64,000 nt of DNA. It comes from Octopus sinensis (lineage: Eukaryota). Shown one piece after another: positions 12,375 to 24,685 of the stretch (its first letter is position 1; each line of letters begins with the position of its first letter). Where the stretch lies: contig NC_043014.1 in assembly GCF_006345805.1 (NCBI RefSeq), positions 43,214,001 to 43,278,000 of the forward strand, written 5' to 3'. Position numbers and translations under genes: made by a program. The notes beneath the pieces were generated by a model. The model ran no database searches, had not been told where the DNA came from, and saw only the letters and a program-made list of their open reading frames with translations.

Positions 12375-12830
12375 ATATCATTGACACCTTTCGTCAATTA
12401 AGCCTCAAAATCCCTGTTACCATTAATCTGTCTAAAGTTGACTTTTTAGATGTTTCCTCAGATCTAAACGCCTGCTCTTATAAGATGTACCATAAACCAA
12501 ATGAGAAGCTCTCATACATACATAAACAGTCCTGTCACCCTTGTAGTCTTTAAAAATCTGATAGTTAACATTAGTAATAGGATATCAAATCTATCTTCTT
12601 CTAAACAAATATTTGATAAGGCAGCCTCCTACTATAATAATACTCTAGCTAACAGCAAGAGGGAGGGCATAACAAATTATTTTCCTAGGTCTGTATTACA
12701 ACTCTTTAGGTAAAAATATGAATTGTAAAAATAGACCAAAAAATAGACCTAGGAAAATAATTTGTTATGCCCTCCCTCTCCCTTTATATTAAGGCTAACA
12801 TAGACTTGGATTTCTCCACTATTCTCCACT
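12375..12830 (+). pseudogene. Penelope-like element RT/thumb relic
   Basis: INLSKVDFLDVSSDLNACSYKMYHKPNEKLSYIHKQSCHP..ISNRISNLSSSKQIFDKAASYYNNTL..NRPRKIICY. Matches the PLE FLDV..YxKP..SxHP..RxIIWF pattern. Confidence 0.85.
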
Positions 12831-13122
12831 TAATTGTATGTGGTGTGGAGCTGCTCTTCAAATTTCATACATGGCTAACCAACTTAGATGCATTATTTTT
12901 ATCAATGTGCCAGAAAGAAGATAGGTGGTTTGCATGTCTCTTGGATTCGCCCTCACATAACCTGATGTAATTCTTTTTTTCAATTGATTTGTCTAAGAGC
13001 ATAGCTGAAACTTCAGCCTCATATATGACACACACACACACACACACACACACCACACACCAACACACACACACATACACACACACACACATACACACAC
13101 ACACACATACACACACATATGA

Positions 13123-13252
13123 TGGTCTTCTTTCAGTTTCTGTCTACCAAGGCTATAGTAGAATACATTTCCCAAAATACCATACAGTGGGACTGAACTC
13201 AGAAGCATATGGTTAGGAAGCAAGCTTCTTACCACCCAGCTATGCCTGCACC
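13123..13252 (-). mobile_element. SINE family A, partial
   Basis: TCTTTCAGTTTCTGTCTACC..GGGACTGAAC..CTTACCAC. Confidence 0.75.
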
Positions 13253-13285
13253 CGAATATATATATAATATATATGCATATATATG

Positions 13286-13327
<42 letters not shown>

Positions 13328-13607
13328 AATAGATAGAGAGTGTGTGTGTGTAATAAGAGATTATATAGAATACAAGGGAGCAAGAAATGTAAAGAACGTT
13401 ATTAGCCTACAGCTACTTCTGTTATGAGATGAGCACATTGCATCGCATAGCAGAAACCACTGTAGGCTGATGAAGGTTATTACAAAATTTCCTGTTCCTT
13501 TGTCGTTTTTCTAACCTCTTATTATGCTCTGTACTTGGACTAGTGGTTTTCTCTAAAGCATATGTACATTGAATTCTAAAATGAGGTTATTAGTATTGCT
13601 ATGCCAA

Positions 13608-13665
<58 letters not shown>

Positions 13666-14424
13666 TATATATAATTATATATATATATAATTATATATAA
13701 GCTAGTCAGATAAAGGTGTAGGAAAATTGAATTATTGAGACAGATGCTATTATAAATTATTTAGAGATGCAGGGCAAAATCAATAGCAGGAAACTGGATT
13801 TTGCTGCAGAGGTCACATTGTTCTGATTATGGTATGCCATTCATACCAATTATACCAATTATACCAATTATGTAATTATGTCTATTACATTATGCTGTCT
13901 AATTATCATAAAAAGGAAGTCGAACTAATTTGCTTTCTGTTTTTCTTTTTGTGTGTGTGTGTATGTGTGTGTGTTTTGTCTAAGTCTTATACGAATTACA
14001 TCCACTTTCAGCCCCATTGCTGTTCCAGTTTGGCCTCTGACCCTTATGATGTTATTAACGTTGGGGGTTTAACAATCTCAGTTTGAAGGAAAGTCAATTA
14101 ACTCAACTGACTGGAATCATCATCATCATTTAACGTCCAATTTTCCATGCTTGCATGGGTCAGGCAGAAGCAGATTTTCTATGACAAGACCATGACCAGA
14201 CATGTATTTTGCAAAATATCGGAAATGAATAACACTGCTTGTGTGACAGTGACACTCATTTACCACTATCATATTATATCAAGACATGAGTACACAAGCA
14301 TATACACACTCATACATACATACATACATACATACATACATACATACATACATACATACATACATACATACATACATACATCAGGCAGTGACTCCCATTG
14401 GTTCTGATATTAACTGGCTGCAAG

Positions 14425-17400
14425 TGCTATCATGGGTCTTTTTCTCAAGCACAACATAACGTCAAAGGTCTCAGTCATTGCTTCAATGAGGCCCAACACT
14501 CGAAAGGAACTCAGCCACTTTGCCTCCATGAGCCCAGTGCTTGAAAGGAATTCAGCTACTTTGCCTCCATGAGCCCAGTGCTTGAAAGGAATTCAGCTAC
14601 TTTGCCTCCATGAGGCCTAACACTCGAAAGGAACTCAGCCACTTTGCCTCCATGAGGCCCAATGCTCGAAAGGAATTCAGCTACTTTGCCTCCATGAGGC
14701 CCAATGCTCGAAAGGAACTCAGCCACTTTGCCTCCATGAGCCCAGTGCTTGAAAGGAATTCAGCTACTTTGCCTCCATGAGCCCAGTGCTTGAAAGGAAT
14801 TCAGCTACTTTGCCTCCATGAGGCCCAACACTCGAAAGGAACTCAGCCACTTTGCCTCCATGAGCCCAGTGCTTGAAAGGAATTCAGCTACTTTGCCTCC
14901 ATGAGCCCAGTGCTTGAAAGGAATTCAGCTACTTTGCCTCCATGAGGCCCAACACTCGAAAGGAACTCAGCCACTTTGCCTCCATGAGCCCAGTGCTCGA
15001 AAGGAACTCAGCCACTTTGCCTCCATGAGCCCAGTGCTTGAAAGGAATTCAGCTACTTTGCCTCCATGAGCCCAGTGCTTGAAAGGAATTCAGCCACTTT
15101 GCCTCCATGAGGCCCATGCTCGAAAGGAATTCAGCCACTTTGCCTCCATGAGGCCCAATGCTTGGAAGGAATTCAGCTACTTTGCCTCCATGAGCCCAGT
15201 GCTTGAAAGGAACTCAGCCACTTTGCCTCCATGAGGCCCAACACTCGAAAGGAACTCAGCCACTTTGCCTCCATGAGCCCAGTGCTTGAAAGGAATTCAG
15301 CTACTTTGCCTCCATGAGCCCAGTGCTTGAAAGGAACTCAGCCACTTTGCCTCCATGAGGCCCAACACTCGAAAGGAACTCAGCCACTTTGCCTCCATGA
15401 GCCCAGTGCTTGAAAGGAATTCAGCTACTTTGCCTCCATGAGCCCAGTGCTTGAAAGGAACTCAGCCACTTTGCCTCCATGAGGCCCAACACTCGAAAGG
15501 AACTCAGCCACTTTGCCTCCATGAGCCCAGTGCTTGAAAGGAATTCAGCTACTTTGCCTCCATGAGCCCAGTGCTTGAAAGGAACTCAGCCACTTTGCCT
15601 CCATGAGGCCCAATGCTCGAAAGGAATTCAGCCACTTTGCCTCCATGAGCCCAGTGCTTGAAAGGAATTCAGCTACTTTGCCTCCATGAGCCCAGTGCTT
15701 GAAAGGAACTCAGCCACTTTGCCTCCATGAGGCCCAATGCTCGAAAGGAATTCAGCCACTTTGCCTCCATGAGGCCCAATGCTTGGAAGGAATTCAGCTA
15801 CTTTGCCTCCATGAGCCCAGTGCTTGAAAGGAACTCAGCCACTTTGCCTCCATGAGGCCCAGTGCTTGAAAGGAATTCAGCTACTACTTTGCCTCCATGA
15901 GGCCCAATGCTTGAAAGGAATCAGCTACTTTGCCTCCATGAGCCCAGTGCTTGAAAGGAATTCAGCTACTTTGCCTCCATGAGGCCCAATGCTCGAAGGA
16001 ACTCAGCTACTTTGCCTCCATGAGCCCAGTGCTTGAAAGGAATTCAGCTACTTTGCCTCCATGAGGCCCAATGCTCGAAAGGAACTCAGCCACTTTGCCT
16101 CCATGAGCCCAGTGCTTGAAAGGAATTCAGCTACTTGCCTCCATGAGCCAGTGCTTGAAAGGAACTCAGCCACTTTGCCTCCATGAGGCCCAGTGCTTGA
16201 AAGGAATTCAGCTACTTTGCCTCCATGAGCCCAGTGCTTGAAAGGAACTCAGCCACTTTGCCTCCATGAGGCCCAACACTCGAAAGGACTCAGCCACTTT
16301 GCCTCCATGAGCCCAGTGCTTGAAAGGAATCAGCTACTTTGCCTCCATGAGCCCAGTGCTTGAAAGAACTCAGCCACTTTGCCTCCATGATGCCCAATGC
16401 TCGAAAGGAATTCAGCCACTTTGCCTCCATGAGCCCAGTGCTTGAAAGGAATTCAGCTACTTTGCCTCCATGAGCCCAGTGCTTGAAAGGAACTCAGCCA
16501 CTTTGCCTCCATGAGGCCCAATGCTTGAAAGGAATTCAGCTACTTTGCCTCCATGAGCCCAGTGCTTGAAAGGAACTCAGCCACTTTGCCTCCATGAGGC
16601 CCAATGCTCGAAAGGAACTCAGCCACTTTGCCTCCATGAGCCCAGTGCTTGAAAGGAACTCAGCCACTTTGCCTCCATGAGCCCAGTGCTCGAAAGGAAC
16701 TCAGCCACTTTGCCTCCATGAGGCCCAATGCTCGAAAGGAACTCAGCCACTTTGCCTCCATGAGCCCAGTGCTTGAAAGGAATTCAGCTACTTTGCCTCC
16801 ATGAGCCCAGTGCTTGAAAGGAACTCAGCCACTTTGCCTCCATGAGGCCCAATGCTTGAAAGGAATTCAGCTACTTTGCCTCCATGAGGCCCAATGCTCG
16901 AAAGGAACTCAGCCACTTTGCCTCCATGAGCCCAGTGCTTGAAAGGAATTCAGCTACTTTGCCTCCATGAGCCCAGTGCTTGAAAGGAATTCAGCTACTT
17001 TGCCTCCATGAGGCCCAATGCTCGAAAGGAACTCAGCCACTTTGCCTCCATGAGCCCAGTGCTTGAAAGGAATTCAGCTACTTTGCCTCCATGAGCCCAG
17101 TGCTTGAAAGGAATTCAGCTACTTTGCCTCCATGAGCCCAGTGCTTGAAAGGAATTCAGCTACTTTGCCTCCATGAGCCCAGTGCTTGAAAGGAATTCAG
17201 CTACTTTGCCTCCATGAGGCCCAATGCTCGAAAGGAACTCAGCCACTTTGCCTCCATGAGCCCAGTGCTTGAAAGGAATTCAGCTACTTTGCCTCCATGA
17301 GGCCCAATGCTCGAAAGGAACTCAGCCACTTTGCCTCCATGAGGCCCAATGCTCGAAAGGAACTCAGCCACTTTGCCTCCATGAGCCCAGTGCTCGAAAG

Positions 17401-20400
17401 GAACTCAGCCACTTTGCCTCCATGAGCCCAGTGCTTGAAAGGAATTCAGCTACTTTGCCTCCATGAGGCCCAATGCTCGAAAGGAACTCAGCCACTTTGC
17501 CTCCATGAGCCCAGTGCTTGAAAGGAATTCAGCTACTTTGCCTCCATGAGGCCCAATGCTCGAAAGGAACTCAGCCACTTTGCCTCCATGAGGCCCAATG
17601 CTCGAAAGGAACTCAGCCACTTTGCCTCCATGAGGCCCAATGCTTGAAAGGAACTCAGCCACTTTGCCTCCATGAGGCCCAATGCTCGAAAGGAACTCAG
17701 CCACTTTGCCTCCATGAGCCCAGTGCTTGAAAGGAATTCAGCTACTTTGCCTCCATGAGGCCCAATGCTCGAAAGGAACTCAGCCACTTTGCCTCCATGA
17801 GCCCAGTGCTTGAAAGGAATTCAGCTACTTTGCCTCCATGAGGCCCACTGCTCGAAAGGAATTCAGCTACTTTGCCTCCATGAGGCCCAATGCTCGAAAG
17901 GAACTCAGCTACTTTGCCTCCATGAGCCCAGTGCTTGAAAGGAATTCAGCTACTTTGCCTCCATGAGGCCCAATGCTCGAAAGGAACTCAGCCACTTTGC
18001 CTCCATGAGCCCAGTGCTTGAAAGGAATTCAGCTACTTTGCCTCCATGAGGCCCACTGCTCGAAAGGAATTCAGCTACTTTGCCTCCATGAGGCCCAATG
18101 CTCGAAAGGAACTCAGCCACTTTGCCTCCATGAGCCCAATGCTCGAAAGGAACTCAGCCACTTTGCCTCCATGAGCCCAGTGCTTGAAAGGAATTCAGCT
18201 ACTTTGCCTCCATGAGGCCCACTGCTCGAAAGGAATTCAGCTACTTTGCCTCCATGAGGCCCAATGCTCGAAAGGAACTCAGCCACTTTGCCTCCATGAG
18301 CCCAATGCTCGAAAGGAACTCAGCCACTTTGCCTCCATGAGCCCAGTGCTTGAAAGGAATTCAGCTACTTTGCCTCCATGAGGCCCACTGCTCGAAAGGA
18401 ATTCAGCTACTTTGCCTCCATGAGGCCCAATGCTTCGAAGGAACTCAGCCACTTTGTGCCTCCATGAGCCCATGCTCGAAAGGAACTCAGCCACTTTGCC
18501 TCCATGAGCCCAGTGCTTGAAAGGAATTCAGCTACTTTGCCTCCATGAGGCCCAATGCTCGAAAGGAACTCAGCCACTTTGCCCACTTTGCCTCCATGAG
18601 CCCAATGCTCTAAAGGACTCATCCACTTTTGCCTCCATGAGCCCAGTGCTTGAAAGGAATTCAGCTACTACTTTGCCTCCATGAGGCCCAATGCTCGAAA
18701 GGAACTCAGCCACTTTGCCTCCATGAGCCATGCTTGAAAGGAATTCAGCTACTTTGCCTCCATGAGGCCCATGCTCGAAATGAACTCAGCCACTTTGCCT
18801 CCATGAGGCCCAATGCTCGAAAGGAACTCAGCCACTTTGCCTCCATGAGCCCAGTGCTTGAAAGGAATTCAGCTACTTTGCCTCCATGAGGCCCAATGCT
18901 CGAAAGGAACTCAGCCACTTTGCCTCCATGAGGCCCAATCTCGAAAGGAACTCAGCTACTTTGGCCTCCATGAGCCCAGTGCTTGAAAGGATTCAGCTAC
19001 TTTGCCTCCATGAGGCCCAATGCTCGAAAGGATTCAGCCACTTTGCCTCCATGAGCCCAGTGCTTGAAAGGAATTCAGCTACTTTGCCTCCATGAGGCCC
19101 AATGCTCGAAAGGAACTCAGCCACTTTTGCCTCCATGAGCCCAGTGCTTGAAAGGAATTCAGCTACTTTGCCTCCATGAGGCCCAATGCTCGAAGGAACT
19201 CAGAGCCACTTTGCCTCCATGAGGCCCAATGCTCGAAAGGAACTCAGCCACTTTGCCTCCATGAGCCCAGTGCTTGAAAGGATGATTCAGCTACTTTGCC
19301 TCCATGAGAGCCCAATGCTCGAAATGGAACTCAGCCACTTTGCCTCCATGAGGCCCAATGCTCGAAAGGATTCAGCTACTTTGCCTCCATGAGCCCAGTG
19401 CTTGAAAGGAATTCAGCTACTGGCCTCCATGAGGCCCAATGCTCGAAAGGAACTCAGCCACTTTGCCTCCATGAGGCCCAATGCCTCGAGGAACTCAGCT
19501 ACTTTGCCTCCATGAGCCCAGTGCTTGAAAGGAATTCAGCTACTTTGCCTCCATGAGGCCCAATGCTCGAAAGGAACTCAGCCACTTTGCCTCCATGAGC
19601 CCAGTGCTTGAAAGGAATTCAGCTACTTTGCCTCCATGAGGCCCAATGCTCGAAAGGAACTCAGCCACTTTGCCTCCATGAGGCCCAATGCTCGAAAGGA
19701 ACTCAGCTACTTTGCCTCCATGAGCCCAGTGCTTGAAAGGAATTCAGCTACTTTGCCTCCATGAGGCCCAATGCTCGAAAGGAACTCAGCCACTTTGCCT
19801 CCATGAGGCCCAATGCTCGAAAGGAATTCAGCTACTTTGCCTCCATGAGCCCAGTGCTTGAAAGGAATTCAGCTACTTTGCCTCCATGAGGCCCAATGCT
19901 CGAAAGGAACTCAGCCACTTTGCCTCCATGAGCCCAGTGCTTGAAAGGAATTCAGCTACTTTGCCTCCATGAGGCCCACTGCTCGAAAGGAACTCAGCCA
20001 CTTTGCCTCCATGAGGCCCAATGCTCGAAAGGAACTCAGCTACTTTGCCTCCATGAGCCCAGTGCTTGAAAGGAATTCAGCTACTTTGCCTCCATGAGCC
20101 CAGTGCTTGAAAGGAATTCAGCTACTTTGCCTCCATGAGGCCCAATGCTCGAAAGGAACTCAGCCACTTTGCCTCCATGAGCCCAGTGCTTGAAAGGAAC
20201 TCAGCTACTTTGCCTCCATGAGCCCAGTGCTTGAAAGGAATTCAGCTACTTTGCCTCCATGAGGCCCAATGCTCGAAGGAACTCAGCCACTTTGCCTCCA
20301 TGAGCCCAGTGCTTGAAAGGAATTCAGCTACTTTGCCTCCATGAGGCCCAATGCTCGAAAGGAACTCAGCTACTTTGCCTCCATGAGCCCAGTGCTTGAA

Positions 20401-20995
20401 AGGAATTCAGCTACTTTGCCTCCATGAGGCCCACTGCTCGAAAGGAATTCAGCTACTTTGCCTCCATGAGGCCCAATGCTCGAAAGGAACTCAGCTACTT
20501 TGCCTCCATGAGCCCAGTGCTTGAAAGGAATTCAGCCACTTTGCCTCCATGAGGCCCAATGCTCGAAAGGAATTCAGCCACTTTGCCTCCATGAGGCCCA
20601 ATGCTCGAAAGGAATTCAGCTACTTTGCCTCCATGAGGCCCACTGCTCGAAAGGAATTCAGCCACTTTGCCTCCATGAGCCCAGTGCTTGAAAGGAATTC
20701 AGCTACTTTGCCTCCATGAGGCCCAATGCTCGAAAGGAATTCAGCCACTTTGCCTCCATGAGCCCAGTGCTTGAAAGGAATTCAGCTACTTTGCCTCCAT
20801 GAGGCCCAATGCTCGAAAGGAACTCAGCTACTTTGCCTCCATGAGCCCAGTGCTTGAAAGGAATTCAGCTACTTTGCCTCCATGAGGCCCAATGCTTGAA
20901 AATAATTCAGCCACTTTGCCTCTGTGAGGCTCAAAGTTTGAAGATCATGTTTTATCACCTCGTTCCATGTCTTCCTGGATCTACCTCTACCACAA
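14425..20995 (-). mobile_element. RTE LINE 3' end split by the minisatellite
   Basis: Right flank (minus) reads SCGRGRSRKTWNEVIKHDLQTLSLTEA. Left flank continues RVLGLIEAMT..RYVVLEK. An uninterrupted relative lies at 36140-36280. Confidence 0.8.
14486..20930 (+). repeat. ~6.4-kb minisatellite, ~155 units of 41/42 bp
   Basis: Units GCCCAGTGCTTGAAAGGAATTCAGCTACTTTGCCTCCATGA (41 bp) and GGCCCAATGCTCGAAAGGAACTCAGCCACTTTGCCTCCATGA (42 bp) and their mosaics, head to tail with no spacers. Confidence 0.98.
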
Positions 20996-21011
20996 GATCA
21001 GCTCATACAAC

Positions 21012-21665
21012 AGGCTTCTTTCAGTTTCCATCTACGAAATCCAATCACAGGGCTTTAGTCAGCTTGAGGCTATAGCAGAAGACATTTGCCGAAGGTGTCA
21101 CACACTGGGACTGAACCTGGAACCATGTGGTTGGTAAACAAGCTTCTTACCACACAACCACATCAGAGCGACACTGGCACAGGCAAGACTGTCTGGTAAG
21201 AAGCTTGCTTCCCAACCACATGGTTCTAGGTTCAGTTCCACTGCATGGACCTTGGGCAAGTGTTTTTATAGGTGCAGGCATGGCTGAGTGGTAAGAATCT
21301 TGCTTCCAAACTATGTGGTTCAGCTTCAGTCCCACTGTGTGGCACCTCGGGTAAGTGTCTTCTGCTATAGCCTCAAGCTGACCAAAGCCTTGTAAGTGGA
21401 TTTGGTAGACAGAAACTGAAAGAAGCCCATTGTATATATCTATGTATATATTTATGTGTGTTTGTGTGTGTGTGTGTCTGTCCCCCCACCATCACATGAG
21501 AACTGATGTTGGTGTGTTTACATCCCCATAACTTAGCAGTTCGGCAAAGTGACCGATAGAGAAAGTACTAGTGTTACAAAGAATAAATCCGGGGTCAATT
21601 TGTTCAACTAAAAGCAGTGCCCCAGTATGGCCACAGTTAAATGCCTGAAACAAGTAAAAGAATAA
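21012..21665. mobile_element. Cluster of three SINE A pieces (minus partial, plus partial, plus full)
   Basis: 21012-21155 minus; 21185-21270 and 21270-21665 plus. Confidence 0.8.
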
Positions 21666-21702
21666 AATATATATACATACTTATATATACATATATATAT
21701 AC

Positions 21703-21772
<70 letters not shown>

Positions 21773-21794
21773 ATATATATATTATATATATACA

Positions 21795-21830
<36 letters not shown>

Positions 21831-22194
21831 TGTATATACACATGCATAGATTTATACCAGGGGATATAAAATAATAAAGCACAACACAACAATCAGATGA
21901 CTCTCTAGGTTTTATGTACCAATAAGACCTTATTTACATGTGTGTGTGTGTGTGTGTGCATGAGTGTGTATGCATACATAAATATATATATATAGAGATA
22001 TTGTTGTGGCAAGAGTCATTGACACCCCTGGAGGGTTGGAAGAATGGACTAGCCAAACTCTTATAAAGAGTAGCGACAAGAGGTCAGTAGGCGTTGTTGA
22101 GGGGGCGTTTTGGAGTCTCGCAAAATACGTCATGTGAAAACATTCTTTTTACACCCCCTCCACGTTAAATTATAAATATCCAACATTCACCAGG

Positions 22195-22197
22195 ATA

Positions 22198-22246
<49 letters not shown>

Positions 22247-22263
22247 TATAAATACATACATAC

Positions 22264-22320
<57 letters not shown>

Positions 22321-22409
22321 CATATATAAATACATACATACATATGTGTATATATATATATATAATATATATATATATTATATACATACATATATAAATA
22401 CATACATAC

Positions 22410-22450
<41 letters not shown>
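22195..22450. repeat. (TA)n with a thrice-repeated TACATACATATATAAATACATACATACATATGTG module
   Basis: Direct inspection. Confidence 0.9.
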
Positions 22451-22454
<4 letters not shown>

Positions 22455-22957
22455 TTAAAATCTGGTGACATCTTATATGCTCACAATTACATTTTACCCT
22501 TTGGAATGGAATAAAGCAGAAGATGAACAAAATATAAATAAAAAAGAATTAATATGCTAACAAATAAATAAAAATAGAGATAAAAAAAAAAGCAGATGCC
22601 ATTCTTGCTAAAGAAGTTTAATCTGGATTACTATAATCCGATTACACTGCTTTGACTAAGCTCTCACATGGATTAACAACATACAGATTAGTATGAACAG
22701 CGGGGTGGATAGGAAGCGATTTACTCTGCTAATAAGCCATCTGCTGACTGGTTCCTTTGCAGAATCCCGTCATGTAGAAAAATACATATGACTAGAAATT
22801 GGATTTGTATTTTATTCCGGTTTCAGCTAGTTGCCAACTATATTATCTTGCATGTATCAAACTTGTGACAAATAAATCTCATTTGTATCCATCTAGGTTT
22901 CATATGTTTTGTAACTGATATTTCCTTTCTGTGCGACATGTGTCTGTATATTATATA

Positions 22958-24279
22958 CGAGGTCTGATCAGTAAGTATCAGGACTGTTGCCATAGTAACG
23001 AAGCTAAGGAACGCAGGGTGACGCCGCTTGGCACAGATTGACCTTGGACTTTGCTGTCCATGTGGATTCAGTTTTAACGTTCTAGCTCACTTCTGCTGTT
23101 TACGGCAATGCTTGGAATGAAGGTGTGTAGCATGGGATCTGGGATCGTCGCATTGACCATGACAGGGAAAAGTTGTCATGGCAACACCTGCTCAGAGGCC
23201 TACGCAAAGTTGCAGAAAATGCATAGAGAGGAGTGTATGAGCCACACACAAGTGTACGAGTGGTGCAGACGTTTCCAAGATGGCCAAAAAATGCCAATAT
23301 TGACAAAGGTTCTGAGAGACCCAGAACCAACAGAACTGAGAAAAACATTGCAGATGGGCATACAGATGTGCATAGGCGCAGGAGTGGCTGTGTGGTAAGT
23401 AGCTTGCTTACCAGCCACGTTGTTCCGGGTTCAGTCCCACTACGTGGCACCTTGGGCAAGTGTCTTCTACTATAGCCTCGGGCCAACCAAAGCCTTGTGA
23501 GTGGATTTGGTAGACGGAAAATGAAAGAAGCCCGTCGTTTATATGTATATATATATATATGTATGTGTGTGTGTCTGTGTGTCTGTGTTTGTCCCCCTAG
23601 CATTGCTTGACAACCGATGCTGGTGTGTTTATGTCTCCGTCACTTAGCGGTTCGGCAAGAGAGACCAATAGAATAAGTACTGGGCTTACAAAAGAATAAG
23701 TGCCGGGGTCGAATTGCTCGATTAAAGGCGGTGCTCCAGCATGGCCGCAATCAAATGACTGAAACAAGTAAAAGAGAGAAAGAAAGACAGTTGTAAGAGA
23801 AAATCATCATTGAATCACCATCCATGAGTTATTCGAGGATGTGCAGATTAGTTACGGTTCAGTTCAGCCCATTATTTCTGAAGAATTGGGTATGAGGTGC
23901 ATGTCTGCCAAGCTTTTGCCAAAACTACTTTCAGCTGACCAAAATGACACTCAGGTTTCGGTTGTACAAGATCTCCTTAATTTTGTCACAAACAAGGAAA
24001 AACTTTTTCACGAACTTTGCGTAAACCTTTTAGCACATATCGCCAAGCTTTTGGTGCAGATTCTCTGCTCAAATTTCTCTGTCGTGGTCAATGTGATGAT
24101 CACATGCTACACACCTTCCTTCCAAGCACTGCTGTAAACAGCGGAAGTGAGCTGGAGCATTAAAACCAAGTGCACATGCACTGTAGAGTTCAAGGCTAAT
24201 CTGTGCCAAGCAGCTTCAGTATGTGTATTTTAGCTTCGTTACTATGGCGACAGTTCGGATACTTATTGATCAGACCACA
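22958..24279 (+). mobile_element. Internally deleted mariner element with ~230-bp inverted ends and TA TSD
   Basis: TA|CGAGGTCTGATCAGTAAGTATC ... GATACTTATTGATCAGACCACA|TA. Internal EAYAKLQKMHREECMSHTQVYEWCRRFQDG and SYGSVQPIISEELGMRCMSAKLLPKLL. Confidence 0.9.
23374..23790 (+). mobile_element. SINE family A inserted in the mariner
   Basis: Full head, body and tail. Confidence 0.9.
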
Positions 24280-24285
24280 TATATA

Positions 24286-24685
24286 CTCTTTTACTCTCTC
24301 TTTCTTTTACTCTTTTTTCTTGTATCAGTCATTTGACTGCGGCTATGCTGGAGCACGGCCTTTAGTCGAGCAAATCAACCCCAGGACTTATTCTTTGTAA
24401 GCCCAGTACTTATTCTATCGATCTCTTTTGCCGAACCGCTAAGTAAACACACCAGCTTCGGTTGTCAAGCAATGCTAGAGGGACAAACACAGACACACAA
24501 ACACACACATGCACACATACATATATACGACAGGCTTCTTTCAGTTTCTGTCTACCAAATCCACTCACAAGGCATTGGTCGGCCCGAGGCTATAGCAGAA
24601 GACACTTGCCCAAGATGCCACGCAGTGGGACTGAACCCGGAGCCATGTGGTTGGTTAGCAAGCTACTTACCACACAACCACTCCT
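24286..24685 (-). mobile_element. SINE family A
   Basis: Reverse complement of 23374-23790. Confidence 0.9.

Noticed and set aside
13460-13490. Hammerhead at CTGATGAAGG
   Set aside because: No stem II and no GAAA.
17269-19392. Repetitive ORFs in the minisatellite
   Set aside because: The 41/42-bp mix shifts frame constantly, so these are translations of the repeat.
14486-20930. CRISPR-like array
   Set aside because: The units are contiguous with no unique spacers, there are no cas genes, and the context is eukaryotic.
14486-20930. Hammerhead-containing satellite (GAGC-CCAAU-GCUC-GAAA in some units)
   Set aside because: There is no CUGANGA core on either strand (it reads CUCCAUGA) and no stem I/III with a cleavage triplet.
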